NCBI GenBank assembly: GCA_027624135.1 | Contig: JAQBXL010000003.1 | Location: forward strand, 1-61,596 | Reading direction: 5' to 3' | Length of the DNA: 61,596 bases | From: Chloroflexota bacterium | GTDB lineage: Bacteria; Chloroflexota; Dehalococcoidia; Lucifugimonadales; UBA3495 | Shown: positions 39,309 through 48,891 of the stretch, piece after piece | Layout: every line of letters begins with the position of its first letter | Position numbering within the stretch: the stretch's first letter is position 1 | Notes under the pieces: generated by a model | What the model was told of the DNA's origin: nothing | Databases searched by the model: none | Seen by the model: only the letters and a program-made list of their open reading frames with translations | Made by a program: the position numbers and the translations under genes

Positions 39309-40781
39309 ATGGCAATGCATTTCCTGGAACGCCAAGTTTCCGAGGCCGTGAAACGTGCCGGTTTTTCCAATACCGGAACTACTCTGGTGGTTGGAGCCTC
39401 AGGGGGGCCAGACTCTACTGCGTTGTTGCATGCCTTGGTTGCGGTGAAGGACATCCACGGTCTTGCTTTGCATGTTGGGCACCTACACCATAATTTCCGA
39501 GGAAAAGAAGCTGACGACGACGCCGTTTTTGCAGAAGACCTGGCCCATAGCCTGGGGCTTCCGGCGACAGTGGCCAGAGAAGATCCCCACGAATACCAAA
39601 GGATTCACGGCATCTCCTCCTTCGAGCAGGGAGCGCGGGAGATGCGCTACGCCTTCTTGGCTCGGATCGCCAGGGATGCCCACGCCGGTGTAGTGACCGT
39701 TGGCCACACCGCAGATGACCTAGCGGAGACAGTGATGCTCCACGTGATTCGTGGTTCCGGGATGCATGGTCTAAGGGGCATGACTGAATTATCGGACTGG
39801 CCTTGGCCCAAAGACGGGGCAGGTCTGGCCTTGTTCCGGCCTCTGTTGGGTGTCACCAAAGACCAGACGGTGGCCTACGTTCGGGGGCTGGGCCAGACCT
39901 TTCGCGAAGACAGCGGAAACTTCATGTGGCGTTTCACCCGCAACAAAGTGCGCCACGACCTGATGCCCAAACTGGCGGCAGATTATAACCCTCAAGTTAG
40001 ACAGGCTCTGGTGCGGTTGGCCCATGCCGCCGCAGAAGAATTGGACTTCGCCGAAGGAGAGCTGAATCGCGTCTGGCCCGGTGTGGCGGTTGAATCAGAC
40101 GGCGAAGTTCGGTTCTCCCAGGCCTCTCTGGGTGGCCTTCATCCCCATCTGCAGCGTCTGGCCCTGCGGCGCGGGTACATCTTGGTGAACGGAGACTCCA
40201 CCCGGTTGGCGGAAAGCCACCTCATATCAATGGTAAATCTGGTTCAAGGGGAACGGGGTGGCCGGACTTTGAATCTGCCAGGCGGAGTCACTTTACGGCT
40301 GAAATACGGCGAGTTGACGCTGACTCGTGGTGGCGAACCGGACTGCCCGTACCCTAAACTCGAGGGCGAATACCCCATCCGGGTGCCCGCTGAAGCTGGC
40401 GCTGAGACTTCGGTGTTGGCGGGCCCATGGCAGGTCACCATGCAGATTACAAGCGCTGGCGAAGAGTTAGATTGGGCGGGCGATGGCTGGACCGTTTGGT
40501 TGGACCCTTTGACCCTTGGGGAAGACCTGTCCGTGCGGGCCTGGCGGCCAGGTGACCGGATACAACCTCTAGGCATGCGAGGGCAGAAGAAACTGCAGGA
40601 CCTGTTCACCGACCTGCGGGTGCCTCGGCACTGGCGGGGAAGGGTGCCGCTCTTGGAAAACGCTAGGGGAATCGCCTGGGTGGTGGGTTACCGAATCGCA
40701 GACTGGGCCAAGGTCAGCGGCAGGATTGATGAGTCCTTCCTGCGGATAACATTCAGCCTGACAGAGGATCAGCCTATCTGA
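39309..40781 (+). CDS. tilS: tRNA(Ile)-lysidine synthetase
   Basis: SGGPDS, AREMRY, GHTADDLAET, RPLL, TRNKVRH, C-terminal GDRIQPLG..KKLQDLF. Confidence 0.96.
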   Translation: MAMHFLERQVSEAVKRAGFSNTGTTLVVGASGGPDSTALLHALVAVKDIHGLALHVGHLHHNFRGKEADDDAVFAEDLAHSLGLPATVAREDPHEYQRIHGISSFEQGAREMRYAFLARIARDAHAGVVTVGHTADDLAETVMLHVIRGSGMHGLRGMTELSDWPWPKDGAGLALFRPLLGVTKDQTVAYVRGLGQTFREDSGNFMWRFTRNKVRHDLMPKLAADYNPQVRQALVRLAHAAAEELDFAEGELNRVWPGVAVESDGEVRFSQASLGGLHPHLQRLALRRGYILVNGDSTRLAESHLISMVNLVQGERGGRTLNLPGGVTLRLKYGELTLTRGGEPDCPYPKLEGEYPIRVPAEAGAETSVLAGPWQVTMQITSAGEELDWAGDGWTVWLDPLTLGEDLSVRAWRPGDRIQPLGMRGQKKLQDLFTDLRVPRHWRGRVPLLENARGIAWVVGYRIADWAKVSGRIDESFLRITFSLTEDQPI

Positions 40782-40807
40782 TCCGCGGCTGGTGAAGGTG
40801 GTAAAGC

Positions 40808-41650
40808 CTAGGTCCCCATGAGTCGGGATGGGTTGTCCTTCACCAGCAATCCTACTTCAACTTCTTCCATGCCGGACCGGAGCATGGTGGCGATGCCCAT
40901 TCGCATACCCTCGGCTGGCATCGGGTGGAAGTCCTGTCCGAAGTCGCTGCTAAGGATGCACTTTTCTGGGCCGATGGCTGATATCGTCTTGGCCAGGTCT
41001 TTGGGGTCCATCCGGTACGTGGTGGGCATCACCACGTGCAGGCAATGCTCGATGAACGCCCCCATTCCGGCCAGCGTTTTCATATCCTCAAGGGTCATAC
41101 CCGTCATGAACGACATGGTTGTGCCGTGGGTGACCACGGTCCTTTGGATGCCCATGTTCCGGGCTTCCGCCACCAAGGCCATGCTCTCGGCAATGGAGAT
41201 GTGGCCCGTCGCCAGAACCATGTCGTGGGACTTGATGATTTGAAGTATCGAGTTTACTTCTGACACCAGTGCTCCGGATCCATCCAGCAGGGATATGCCG
41301 CCATCCAGGCCCTTGGATTCCCGGTCGGCCTTGGCTGAATGGGTCGGCATCCAGACGATGCGTCCGCCCATGTTGGCCGTGGCTTCAACGGCCGCTGGGT
41401 TGAGGCCACCCACCTCCGCATCCAGGGCGATCCCACCCAGTATGGTGAAATCAGTAACCAGTTCGCCGGTGGTGGCAGCAACGGGATGGGTGGGATATTC
41501 ATGGCTCTTCAGAACCACGCCCTGCATACCCATATCCCGGGCTTGTAAGGCAATCTCCACTGCGCCGGCCCGTCGTTCTACCTTGGGATCAGGGCCAAAA
41601 TGCACGTGGATATCCAGTGCGCCTTCCAGTATCCGGTCTATGTTGCTCAC
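40808..41650 (-). CDS. amidohydrolase-like metalloprotein (DUF6282-like)
   Basis: DIHVHFGPD, VLKSH, WMPT, LATGH, VVTH, ILSSDFGQ, NPSRL. Confidence 0.8.
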   Translation of the reverse strand: MSNIDRILEGALDIHVHFGPDPKVERRAGAVEIALQARDMGMQGVVLKSHEYPTHPVAATTGELVTDFTILGGIALDAEVGGLNPAAVEATANMGGRIVWMPTHSAKADRESKGLDGGISLLDGSGALVSEVNSILQIIKSHDMVLATGHISIAESMALVAEARNMGIQRTVVTHGTTMSFMTGMTLEDMKTLAGMGAFIEHCLHVVMPTTYRMDPKDLAKTISAIGPEKCILSSDFGQDFHPMPAEGMRMGIATMLRSGMEEVEVGLLVKDNPSRLMGT

Positions 41651-41868
41651 GTTCTCACCATGCGGCTGAAATAGAGAACCACGAGGGTCCAGGGTAAGAT
41701 GGGCAGCGGCAAACGAGGCTGTCTAGGCACACCCAATTTGAGGCTTGCGCCAGCATAAGTCAGGCGTATTCGGGTGTCAAGGAAATCCGAGGGGTCGAAA
41801 ATTTGACGCCATTTGCCAGTGTCGTTCGCCGTTGGTAGCATGATGACACACTTGAATTGGAGGCTGTT

Positions 41869-42660
41869 ATGGACCTGGGACTTAAGGGCCGCGTGGCTAT
41901 CGTCGGCGGAGGCAGTAAAGGGCTGGGCCGGGCCTGCGCTGACTCCCTGGCCCAAGAGGGCGCGAACTTGGTAATCTGCAGCCGCAACGCCGGAGAGTTG
42001 GACCAAGCCGCAGGTCAGATCAGCGGGGCGTTCGGAGTAGATGTTTTGGCGGTAGCCGCTGACCTTTCCCGCTTGGCGGATATCCAGGCCCTGGTGAAAA
42101 GAACGACCGACCACTTTGGCCGACTGGATATCTTGGTCAATAACTCCGGAGGACCGCCAGCTGGCCGGGCAGTCGACACCACCGAAGAGGTCTGGCATCA
42201 GTCCATCGACATGGCCCTGCTATTCTTCATCCGCATGAGCCGGGAGGCAGTTCCACACATGAAAAATGCAGGATGGGGGCGGATCGTGAACATACTGGCC
42301 AGTTCGGTCTTTCAACCCATCGACAACCTGGTCACGTCTGGAGTGACCCGCATGGGAGCCGTGGCCTACGCGAAGAGCCTGGCCGACGAGGTTGGCCGGG
42401 ACAATATTTTGGTGAACAACGTGGCCCCCGGATACTTATTGACAGACCGGATGATGCACATCTTTGAGACCCGTTCTCAGGACACTGGATCAAGCGTCGA
42501 GGATCTACTCCAGGCCCACTCATCCACCATACCAGTGGGCCGTTTAGGTCGCCCGGAAGAACTGGGAGACCTGGTGACTTTCCTGGCCTCCGAGAAGAAC
42601 AGCTATACCACCGGCGCAACAATTCTAGTGGATGGCGGCGTTGTGAGGTCGGTCATGTAG
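41869..42660 (+). CDS. SDR-family oxidoreductase
   Basis: MDLGLKGRVAIVGGGSKGLG, LVNNSGGPP, S...R in place of YxxxK, GRLGRPEE, VDGG. Confidence 0.92.
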   Translation: MDLGLKGRVAIVGGGSKGLGRACADSLAQEGANLVICSRNAGELDQAAGQISGAFGVDVLAVAADLSRLADIQALVKRTTDHFGRLDILVNNSGGPPAGRAVDTTEEVWHQSIDMALLFFIRMSREAVPHMKNAGWGRIVNILASSVFQPIDNLVTSGVTRMGAVAYAKSLADEVGRDNILVNNVAPGYLLTDRMMHIFETRSQDTGSSVEDLLQAHSSTIPVGRLGRPEELGDLVTFLASEKNSYTTGATILVDGGVVRSVM

Positions 42661-42711
42661 CTTGGCCGGCCTTAGCAGGTAGGCACACAAAAGAAACAGG
42701 ACCGTCCAAAG

Positions 42712-42747
42712 AAACGGAATCTTCCCTCGAAGGAAGATCCCGTTTTA
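42712..42747. terminator. probable bidirectional terminator hairpin
   Basis: AAACGGAATCTTCC-ctcgaa-GGAAGATCCCGTTTT between convergent genes. Confidence 0.55.
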
Positions 42748-42771
42748 ACTTGCTGCACATTCCCAGTAAGG

Positions 42772-44235
42772 TTATCTGGAGCCCTTCACTTGGTCGGGCA
42801 GCCATAAGGCAATATCGGGGAAGATAATCAACAATACGATCACCGCCGCCATCACCGCCATGAAGGGCAAAACCCCGATGTAAACATCGGTGATGGTACC
42901 TGTCTGCTCCTGTAACCCCTCCGCTTCCGCCATCTCGGCATCGACATCCCGGCGCACTCCATGGAGCACATACAGGTTGATGCCCTCAGGCGGACTGATG
43001 AGCGCGGCCTCCACCAGGATGACCATGATGATTCCGAACCAGACCAGATCCACTCCGGTGGCCTCCAACGCAGGCGCCAGAATCGGCACGGTGGTAACCA
43101 ACATGGCGAAACTCTCCATGAAAGTTCCCAGCAGCAGATAAAAGATCACCAGCACGATCACCAACTGAGTGGAGCTCAAGTCCATGCCGGTGATCCACTG
43201 GGAAATATCATGGGATATTCCCAGCCGGGCGAAGGCGAAACTCAGGGTGAAAGCTGCGATCACGATGAGCATGATCATCGACGAGGTCCTGACCGTGGAG
43301 AGCATCGAGTCTTTAATCATGTCCCAGTTGACCGTCATGCTCTGGCGCACACCGCCTTCAATCTCGGGGTATCGTTCTTGCAGTCTGGCGATCATGCCGG
43401 TCTGGGAGCCGGAGCTATCCATCTTCCGCAGGAACCCTCCTAAAATCGCGGGACCCGAGTTGTTGATCATCGCAAAGACCAGCGCTCCGGTTACACCGAA
43501 CGCGGCCGCTTCCGTGGGAGTTGCCAAGCCCGCATAGATGGAACCCAACACCACCAGTATGATCAGGCTGACCGGAATCATGGCCACCAAGCCGGTGATC
43601 TTGAGACGCCAACTGGTTCCAGGTTCTTTGGGAGCGATGCTGGGGAACATGATCGCAACGCCAATGATCATGAGCATCATCATTCCGGCCAGAAGGAAGC
43701 CGGGGATGAAGCCAGCCAGGTATAGCCTTCCGATGGACTCTTCAACCAAGACGCCATACACGATCAGGCCGATGCTGGGTGGTATCAGAATCCCCAGAGT
43801 GCCACCGGCGGCCAGAGAACCAATGACCAACCGCTCACTGTATCCCCGCGACCGGAACGTTGGCAGGGACACGCGGCTGATCGTTGCCGAAGTGGCCACG
43901 CTGGAACCGGAACAAGCGGCGAATATGGCGCAGGATGCGATGTTTGTGTGGATCAAGCCGCCAGGCAAGAAAGCCAGCCAGCGGGAAACCGAGCCGTACA
44001 TCCTCTCACCCATGCCGCTCCGCAGCATCAATTCCCCCATCAAGAGGAAGAGAGGGACCGCGATCAAGATGAAGTTGGTATTCGTCTCCCATGCCTTGTT
44101 GCCCATGATGTTCCACAAGGGAGCATCGGAGAAGAAATACATCATGACCAGCGACAACACACCCAACGCCCCGGCCACATAAAGGCCGATCATGAAAAAT
44201 CCGCCCATCATTAAGAATGCTGTGGCTATGACCAT
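42772..44235 (-). CDS. dctM: TRAP transporter large permease
   Basis: AVPLFLLMGE, PGGL, SGSSVA, GGTLGILIPPS, TPTEAAA, ISPPEGINL. Confidence 0.92.
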   Translation of the reverse strand: MVIATAFLMMGGFFMIGLYVAGALGVLSLVMMYFFSDAPLWNIMGNKAWETNTNFILIAVPLFLLMGELMLRSGMGERMYGSVSRWLAFLPGGLIHTNIASCAIFAACSGSSVATSATISRVSLPTFRSRGYSERLVIGSLAAGGTLGILIPPSIGLIVYGVLVEESIGRLYLAGFIPGFLLAGMMMLMIIGVAIMFPSIAPKEPGTSWRLKITGLVAMIPVSLIILVVLGSIYAGLATPTEAAAFGVTGALVFAMINNSGPAILGGFLRKMDSSGSQTGMIARLQERYPEIEGGVRQSMTVNWDMIKDSMLSTVRTSSMIMLIVIAAFTLSFAFARLGISHDISQWITGMDLSSTQLVIVLVIFYLLLGTFMESFAMLVTTVPILAPALEATGVDLVWFGIIMVILVEAALISPPEGINLYVLHGVRRDVDAEMAEAEGLQEQTGTITDVYIGVLPFMAVMAAVIVLLIIFPDIALWLPDQVKGSR

Positions 44236-44308
44236 CTTTGTCGGTCCTCCTAACCTTTCGGGGCCAGTGCCCCTATCAGCTTAACGGCCAAGGGAAATGA
44301 AGTTTTGG

Positions 44309-44962
44309 CTAGACTCCGGATACTGCTTCGCCAGCCAAACCGGTGGGTTCCGTTGCCACACGGTAGCTCTCGGTCCCGCCTTGCATCTTGTGGAGCACCG
44401 GTAGAGTTGCTTCAGCAATCATGTCGGTCATCATGTGAATCGCGGTCAGAGCCAGCATACTGAACCCGATCGCGACGACGGTTTGGGGTATCCAAAGAGG
44501 TGTCAGAGGATAAGTGTTGGTTACAGCGCTGATGTCGTAGGACTTCAACACCATGATCCACGTCTTCCAGGATGTAACGGATATGAAGAATACGATAGAA
44601 CCGAGAGCGAGCCAGTCGGCTGCCCATCGCGTTTTAGTCCCCATGAAGGGTAACAACACGTCGATACGGACGTGGGATCCAGTCCGAAGGGCGTAGGAGA
44701 ATGCCCAGGTGGAGGCCATGGCCATGGTGTAACCGCTCATCAGGTCCATACCCGGCGCCATGATCCAGCCCGCTTTTCTGGCAATCACCTGGTAAGTGAT
44801 GAATAGCGCCAGCAAAAGGAACATGGCCCCGCACAGATACCCCATGGCGAGGTAGGTTCGGTCAAGAGCCCGGGTGAGCCCCCTCATCCCGGTTAAGAGG
44901 GTTAATGCGAAAGACCGTCCCTCTAGTACCCTTTCCAGCTTTTGGCCTTGTACTGCGCTCAA
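44309..44962 (-). CDS. dctQ: TRAP transporter small permease
   Basis: four TM segments, YALRTGSHVRIDV, PLWIPQ. Confidence 0.88.
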   Translation of the reverse strand: MSAVQGQKLERVLEGRSFALTLLTGMRGLTRALDRTYLAMGYLCGAMFLLLALFITYQVIARKAGWIMAPGMDLMSGYTMAMASTWAFSYALRTGSHVRIDVLLPFMGTKTRWAADWLALGSIVFFISVTSWKTWIMVLKSYDISAVTNTYPLTPLWIPQTVVAIGFSMLALTAIHMMTDMIAEATLPVLHKMQGGTESYRVATEPTGLAGEAVSGV

Positions 44963-45008
44963 GAGGTCTCCTCCCGAAATTCATGAAATCGGAACTGCCT
45001 GACCTACG

Positions 45009-45047
45009 TAGATGGCTGGCATAGATGGCTGGCATAGATGGCTGGCG
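45009..45047. repeat. 13-bp tandem repeat x3 (TAGATGGCTGGCA)
   Basis: read directly; lies in the dctQ leader. Confidence 0.9.
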
Positions 45048-45162
45048 GATATGGCCAGCCCGTGGCGGCTGAGTCACTCTGTGCCCGTCTGAACCGGACT
45101 GGATCGGCACCTTGAGGAAAGCCAAAATCTCCGAGATTTGCCCAAGGTCCAAATTGGTCGGA

Positions 45163-45191
45163 AGTATAAACAATAGCTACGGGGCCGTCAA
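45163..45191 (-). promoter_or_regulatory. sigma70-type promoter for dctQM
   Basis: minus strand TTGACG-17nt-TATACT. Confidence 0.7.
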
Positions 45192-45231
45192 TAGGGTTTA
45201 TCACGATTCGGAATTATGACCGAAAGGGAGA

Positions 45232-45471
45232 CTAGCGACGAGGTCTATTTTTTTCCACGGCTCGACGGAAGAACGCCAGCTGCAGCAGGGCCAATACGAG
45301 GCTGACCGCAGCGAGAGTCGTGTACGCTCCAGCGGGACTCCAGATGTGGATGACGACGCTGATAACCATGGCAGCCAATGGAGTGAGGCCGTTGTCCAGC
45401 ATGTAGATGCTCACGACCCGGCCTCTGATCTCGTCCGGAACAATGGTCTGGATCAGGGTGTTACTGTCCAG
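45232..45471 (-). pseudogene. C-terminal remnant of an MFS transporter
   Basis: SNTLIQTIVPDEIRGRVVSIYMLDNGLTPLAA... resembles MFS TM10-12; in-frame TGA immediately upstream. Confidence 0.7.
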
Positions 45472-45636
45472 TCACCAACTGACCGAATTGCCATGAGCAA
45501 TGGAATAACAGTCGGAAAGTAAGAACTTTCAGGATTTCAATATAGGCGTAGTTTTTGTATGATGATAAGGTACGGTACAGGCGATACTTGAACCACTAGC
45601 GCGCCAAGCCCGCCCCGTTGACCTCGGAGGACACCT

Positions 45637-47484
45637 TTGCGCAACCTGGCCAATTTCCTTGTCCACCTCTTTAACCGCGAGGGTGATACCGAACGTACCT
45701 ACCTGTCGGTGATCCATGACCGGTGTTTGTTCTGCGAAGAGCCGATCAGTTACTCACCTTCCTATTTGACTTACCGGGTGTGTCCGTACTGCCGGTTCCA
45801 CTACACGGTGACTGCACGCCAACGGATCGAGTTGCTGGCAGACAAAGGAACCTTCAAAGAATCGTACAAATATGTGAGTTCGGTTGAGCCCCTTTCGTTC
45901 TCACGCCGGGGCCGCTACCGGAAGTTCTTCACTCAAGACCAGAATCGCACCGGCCTTACCGAAGCGGTAGTTGCTGGAAGGTGCTACATCGGCGAAACCG
46001 AGGTCATGCTGATTGTTTTGGACTTCGGTTTTATGGGCGGGACGATGGGCAGCGTGGTCGGCGAGAAGATATCGGTGGCTTTTGAGAGCGCCGCCCGTCG
46101 GGGGATACCAGCTCTGGCTGTGGTCTCGGGCGGAGGAGTCCGCGTTCAAGAGGGTGTTCTGTCCTTGATGCAGATGGCAAAAACGGTTACCGCTGCCAAT
46201 CGTCTGCGTGAAGAAGGGGTGCCCTTGATTGTTGTTTTGGCGAACCCTTCCACAGGTCAGGCCTACGCCAGTTTCGCGAACCTGGCTGACATTATCCTGG
46301 CCGAGCCGGGTTCTCTGATCGGACTCTCGCCGCTGCGAACCCTGCGAGAAGTGTCCAAGATGCCTCTGCCGTTGGACGCCCACACCGCCGAAGCCCACGT
46401 GGGTCACGGGCTTTTGGACAATGTGGTGGACCGGGAGAATCTGCAGCCCAGAGTCTCGGCTTTGTTGCAGATACTCACCGCCCAAAAACAGGGTAAGGCT
46501 GACCATAAGAATCTGCTTAAATCGGAACCGGTAGAATGCGAAGAAGTTGAGCCATGGGAGTCGGTTACCGCCGCCCGCAATGCTGAGCGGCCCCAGGCGA
46601 CCGCTTACTTCCGGTCGATGTTGGACCCGTTCATAGAGTTGCGCGGCGACCGTCTGAACAGTGATGACCGGTCAATTGTCGCCGGTCTGGGGTTCATGGA
46701 TGGCCAGCCGGTGGCGGTGATTGGTCAGCAACGCCGGCCTTTGGCAGAGGGAGAGCGTTACCACGTCTTTCCCGATGGTCTGCGCAAGGCCCAGCGTGTG
46801 ATCGATATTGCCTCCCGTTTCAAGCTGCCTTTGGTTACCCTGATCGACACACAAGGCGCAGACCCGGGACTGGAGGCCGAAGAGCAGGGAATAGGAAATG
46901 CCATCGCCGTGACGCTGTCATCGATGCTAAGAGTTCCGACGCCAGTGGTCTCGGTAGTCATCGGGGAAGGCGGCAGTGAGGGCGCACTGGCTCTATCCCT
47001 ATCCGACCGAATATTGATGCAGCAATATTCGATCTACTCGCCAATCTCAGTCACCCACACGCTGGGCTCCGGCCACCATGACCACATGCTGGACCGTGAA
47101 GCTGCCGAGGCTCTGATGCTGACGGCCCACGACTGCCTGGAACTAGGTATAGCCGATGAGATCGTTCCTGAACCAGAGAGCGGCGCTCACATGGACCCAC
47201 ACGAAGCGGCAAGAGCGCTGCAAACTGCGATTCTGACCAATATCGTTCAACTATCCAAGTTGTCGGAAGGCAAGCTGTTGAAGAAGCGGTACCAAAAGTT
47301 CCGCAATATGGGAGAGGGCAGCGGTTACTCTAAAGAGGCCATGAACCGGGAAGTGGACCTACTGATGAGCATTTCGTCAGGCGACGCCCTGCCGGAAAGG
47401 CCGTCTCGCAAGCAAACAAGGAAGAACAAGAAAGAAGAACTCCAAGAAGAACCCGCAGAAGCAGAGATATCGTCTGACGATTAA
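45637..47484 (+). CDS. accDA: fused acetyl-CoA carboxylase carboxyltransferase beta-alpha (AccD-AccA), divergent
   Basis: Zn finger CLFC..CPYC, DFGFMGGTMGSVVGEK, GGVRVQEG; second half FIELRGDR, LIDTQGA, AEEQG, IGEGGS, RYQKFR. Confidence 0.85.
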   Translation: MRNLANFLVHLFNREGDTERTYLSVIHDRCLFCEEPISYSPSYLTYRVCPYCRFHYTVTARQRIELLADKGTFKESYKYVSSVEPLSFSRRGRYRKFFTQDQNRTGLTEAVVAGRCYIGETEVMLIVLDFGFMGGTMGSVVGEKISVAFESAARRGIPALAVVSGGGVRVQEGVLSLMQMAKTVTAANRLREEGVPLIVVLANPSTGQAYASFANLADIILAEPGSLIGLSPLRTLREVSKMPLPLDAHTAEAHVGHGLLDNVVDRENLQPRVSALLQILTAQKQGKADHKNLLKSEPVECEEVEPWESVTAARNAERPQATAYFRSMLDPFIELRGDRLNSDDRSIVAGLGFMDGQPVAVIGQQRRPLAEGERYHVFPDGLRKAQRVIDIASRFKLPLVTLIDTQGADPGLEAEEQGIGNAIAVTLSSMLRVPTPVVSVVIGEGGSEGALALSLSDRILMQQYSIYSPISVTHTLGSGHHDHMLDREAAEALMLTAHDCLELGIADEIVPEPESGAHMDPHEAARALQTAILTNIVQLSKLSEGKLLKKRYQKFRNMGEGSGYSKEAMNREVDLLMSISSGDALPERPSRKQTRKNKKEELQEEPAEAEISSDD

Positions 47485-47545
47485 CGGTTAGCAATCAGGG
47501 ATCAGTGAGTCAGGCTAGACGTTGTCTCTCAGACGCGGACGAGTC

Positions 47546-48355
47546 TTAGGCCGCTTCTGAGCCGAACTCTTTGAGGCTCTTTTTCACAGCTTCCGCCACC
47601 GCCGAGAACTCATCTTGGACTGACTCGTCCAATAGAGCGGTTGGCTTGGACGAATCCCGGTAAGCAGCCCGTAGCTCAATGTTACCCAAGAACGGCGCGT
47701 CCACCTCTTTGGCCAGGTTCTTGCCGCCGCCCTGTCCAAAGATGTCTCCGGTGTAGTTCTCCACCACGCCCAGCACGTTGAGGTTCAACTTTCGAATCAT
47801 GTTGATGCAACGCTTGGCGTCCAGGTTGGCCAGGTCCTGTGGGGTGCTGACCACCACAAATCCGTCCATGGGCAGGCTCTGCATGATGGTCAGGGGAGAA
47901 TCGGAAGTTCCAGGCGGCAGGTCAACTAACAAGTAGTCCAGGTCTTGCCAGTCAGTGGCCTGGAGAAATTGGGTGATGGCGTTGTGAATCATCGGTCCGC
48001 GCCAGATGATGGCCTCGTCTTGGTTCTCTTGGAAGAAGGACATGGAAACGACTTTGACGCCCCATTTCTCGGCGGGGATGATCTGGCCATCCACATAGTC
48101 CGGTTTGTCGGTGATGCCCATGACCTTGGCTACATTGGGGCAGTCGATGTCCACGTCCAGTAGTCCAACGCGATGGCCTTGGCCGGCCAGAGTAACCGCC
48201 AGATTGACGGCGACGGTGGTTTTCCCAACTCCGCCCTTTCCGCTGTAAACGCCTATCTTGGTCTTGATCTTGGCAAGACGATCAGTTATCTGGCGTTTTT
48301 GTTGCCAGGTCCGTTTGATCTGTTCCAGGCGCGCGGTTTCCTGGGGCGTGGGCAT
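47546..48355 (-). CDS. mrp: Mrp/NBP35 (ApbC) Fe-S cluster carrier ATPase
   Basis: SGKGGVGKTT, IIWRGPM, DLPPGTSD, STPQ, GVVEN, FGQGGG. Confidence 0.9.
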   Translation of the reverse strand: MPTPQETARLEQIKRTWQQKRQITDRLAKIKTKIGVYSGKGGVGKTTVAVNLAVTLAGQGHRVGLLDVDIDCPNVAKVMGITDKPDYVDGQIIPAEKWGVKVVSMSFFQENQDEAIIWRGPMIHNAITQFLQATDWQDLDYLLVDLPPGTSDSPLTIMQSLPMDGFVVVSTPQDLANLDAKRCINMIRKLNLNVLGVVENYTGDIFGQGGGKNLAKEVDAPFLGNIELRAAYRDSSKPTALLDESVQDEFSAVAEAVKKSLKEFGSEAA

Positions 48356-48447
48356 GCAGTCCTCCGGAGAGTTCCAGTGTGATAATCAGCGGAACTGGGT
48401 TTTCTAACCCAAGTCCGCCTGGACGCCGATTACGGCCTTTTGGTTGG

Positions 48448-48756
48448 CTAGATGCCTAGTTGGGCGCGGGCCTCTTCGCTGATCAGTTCCGGCGACCAAG
48501 GTGGATCAAAGACCATCTCGATCTGAACTTCTTCCACTCCGTCCAATTCCTGGATCGCCCATTCAGCCTGTTGGCCGATGTACGGGCCCATGCCGCAACC
48601 GGGAAACGTGAGGGTCATCTGCACGTAGACGTCGGAGTTTGTTACCTGAACGTCGTAGACCAAACCAAGGTCGACTACGTTGACCGGTATCTCGGGGTCA
48701 TATACTGATTTTAGGGCTTCGTAGATCATTTCTGTGGTGACGGTTGCCTCGGCCAT
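48448..48756 (-). CDS. DUF59/SufT metal-sulfur cluster assembly factor
   Basis: VYDPEIPVNVVDLGLVY, MTLTFPGC, FDPPW. Confidence 0.92.
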   Translation of the reverse strand: MAEATVTTEMIYEALKSVYDPEIPVNVVDLGLVYDVQVTNSDVYVQMTLTFPGCGMGPYIGQQAEWAIQELDGVEEVQIEMVFDPPWSPELISEEARAQLGI

Positions 48757-48848
48757 GTCTGCCTCCTATTCAGGATTGTCTGCCACGATTATATTAAAGT
48801 CGACCAACTTGGTCAACAATTATTCCAGGTCCGGTTCGCCGGACAAGG

Positions 48849-48875
48849 GAAGGTCCGGCTAATACCGGACCTTCC
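48849..48875. terminator. hairpin downstream of qor
   Basis: GAAGGTCCGG-ctaata-CCGGACCTTC. Confidence 0.5.
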
Positions 48876-48891
48876 ACCGATATTTACGCTT

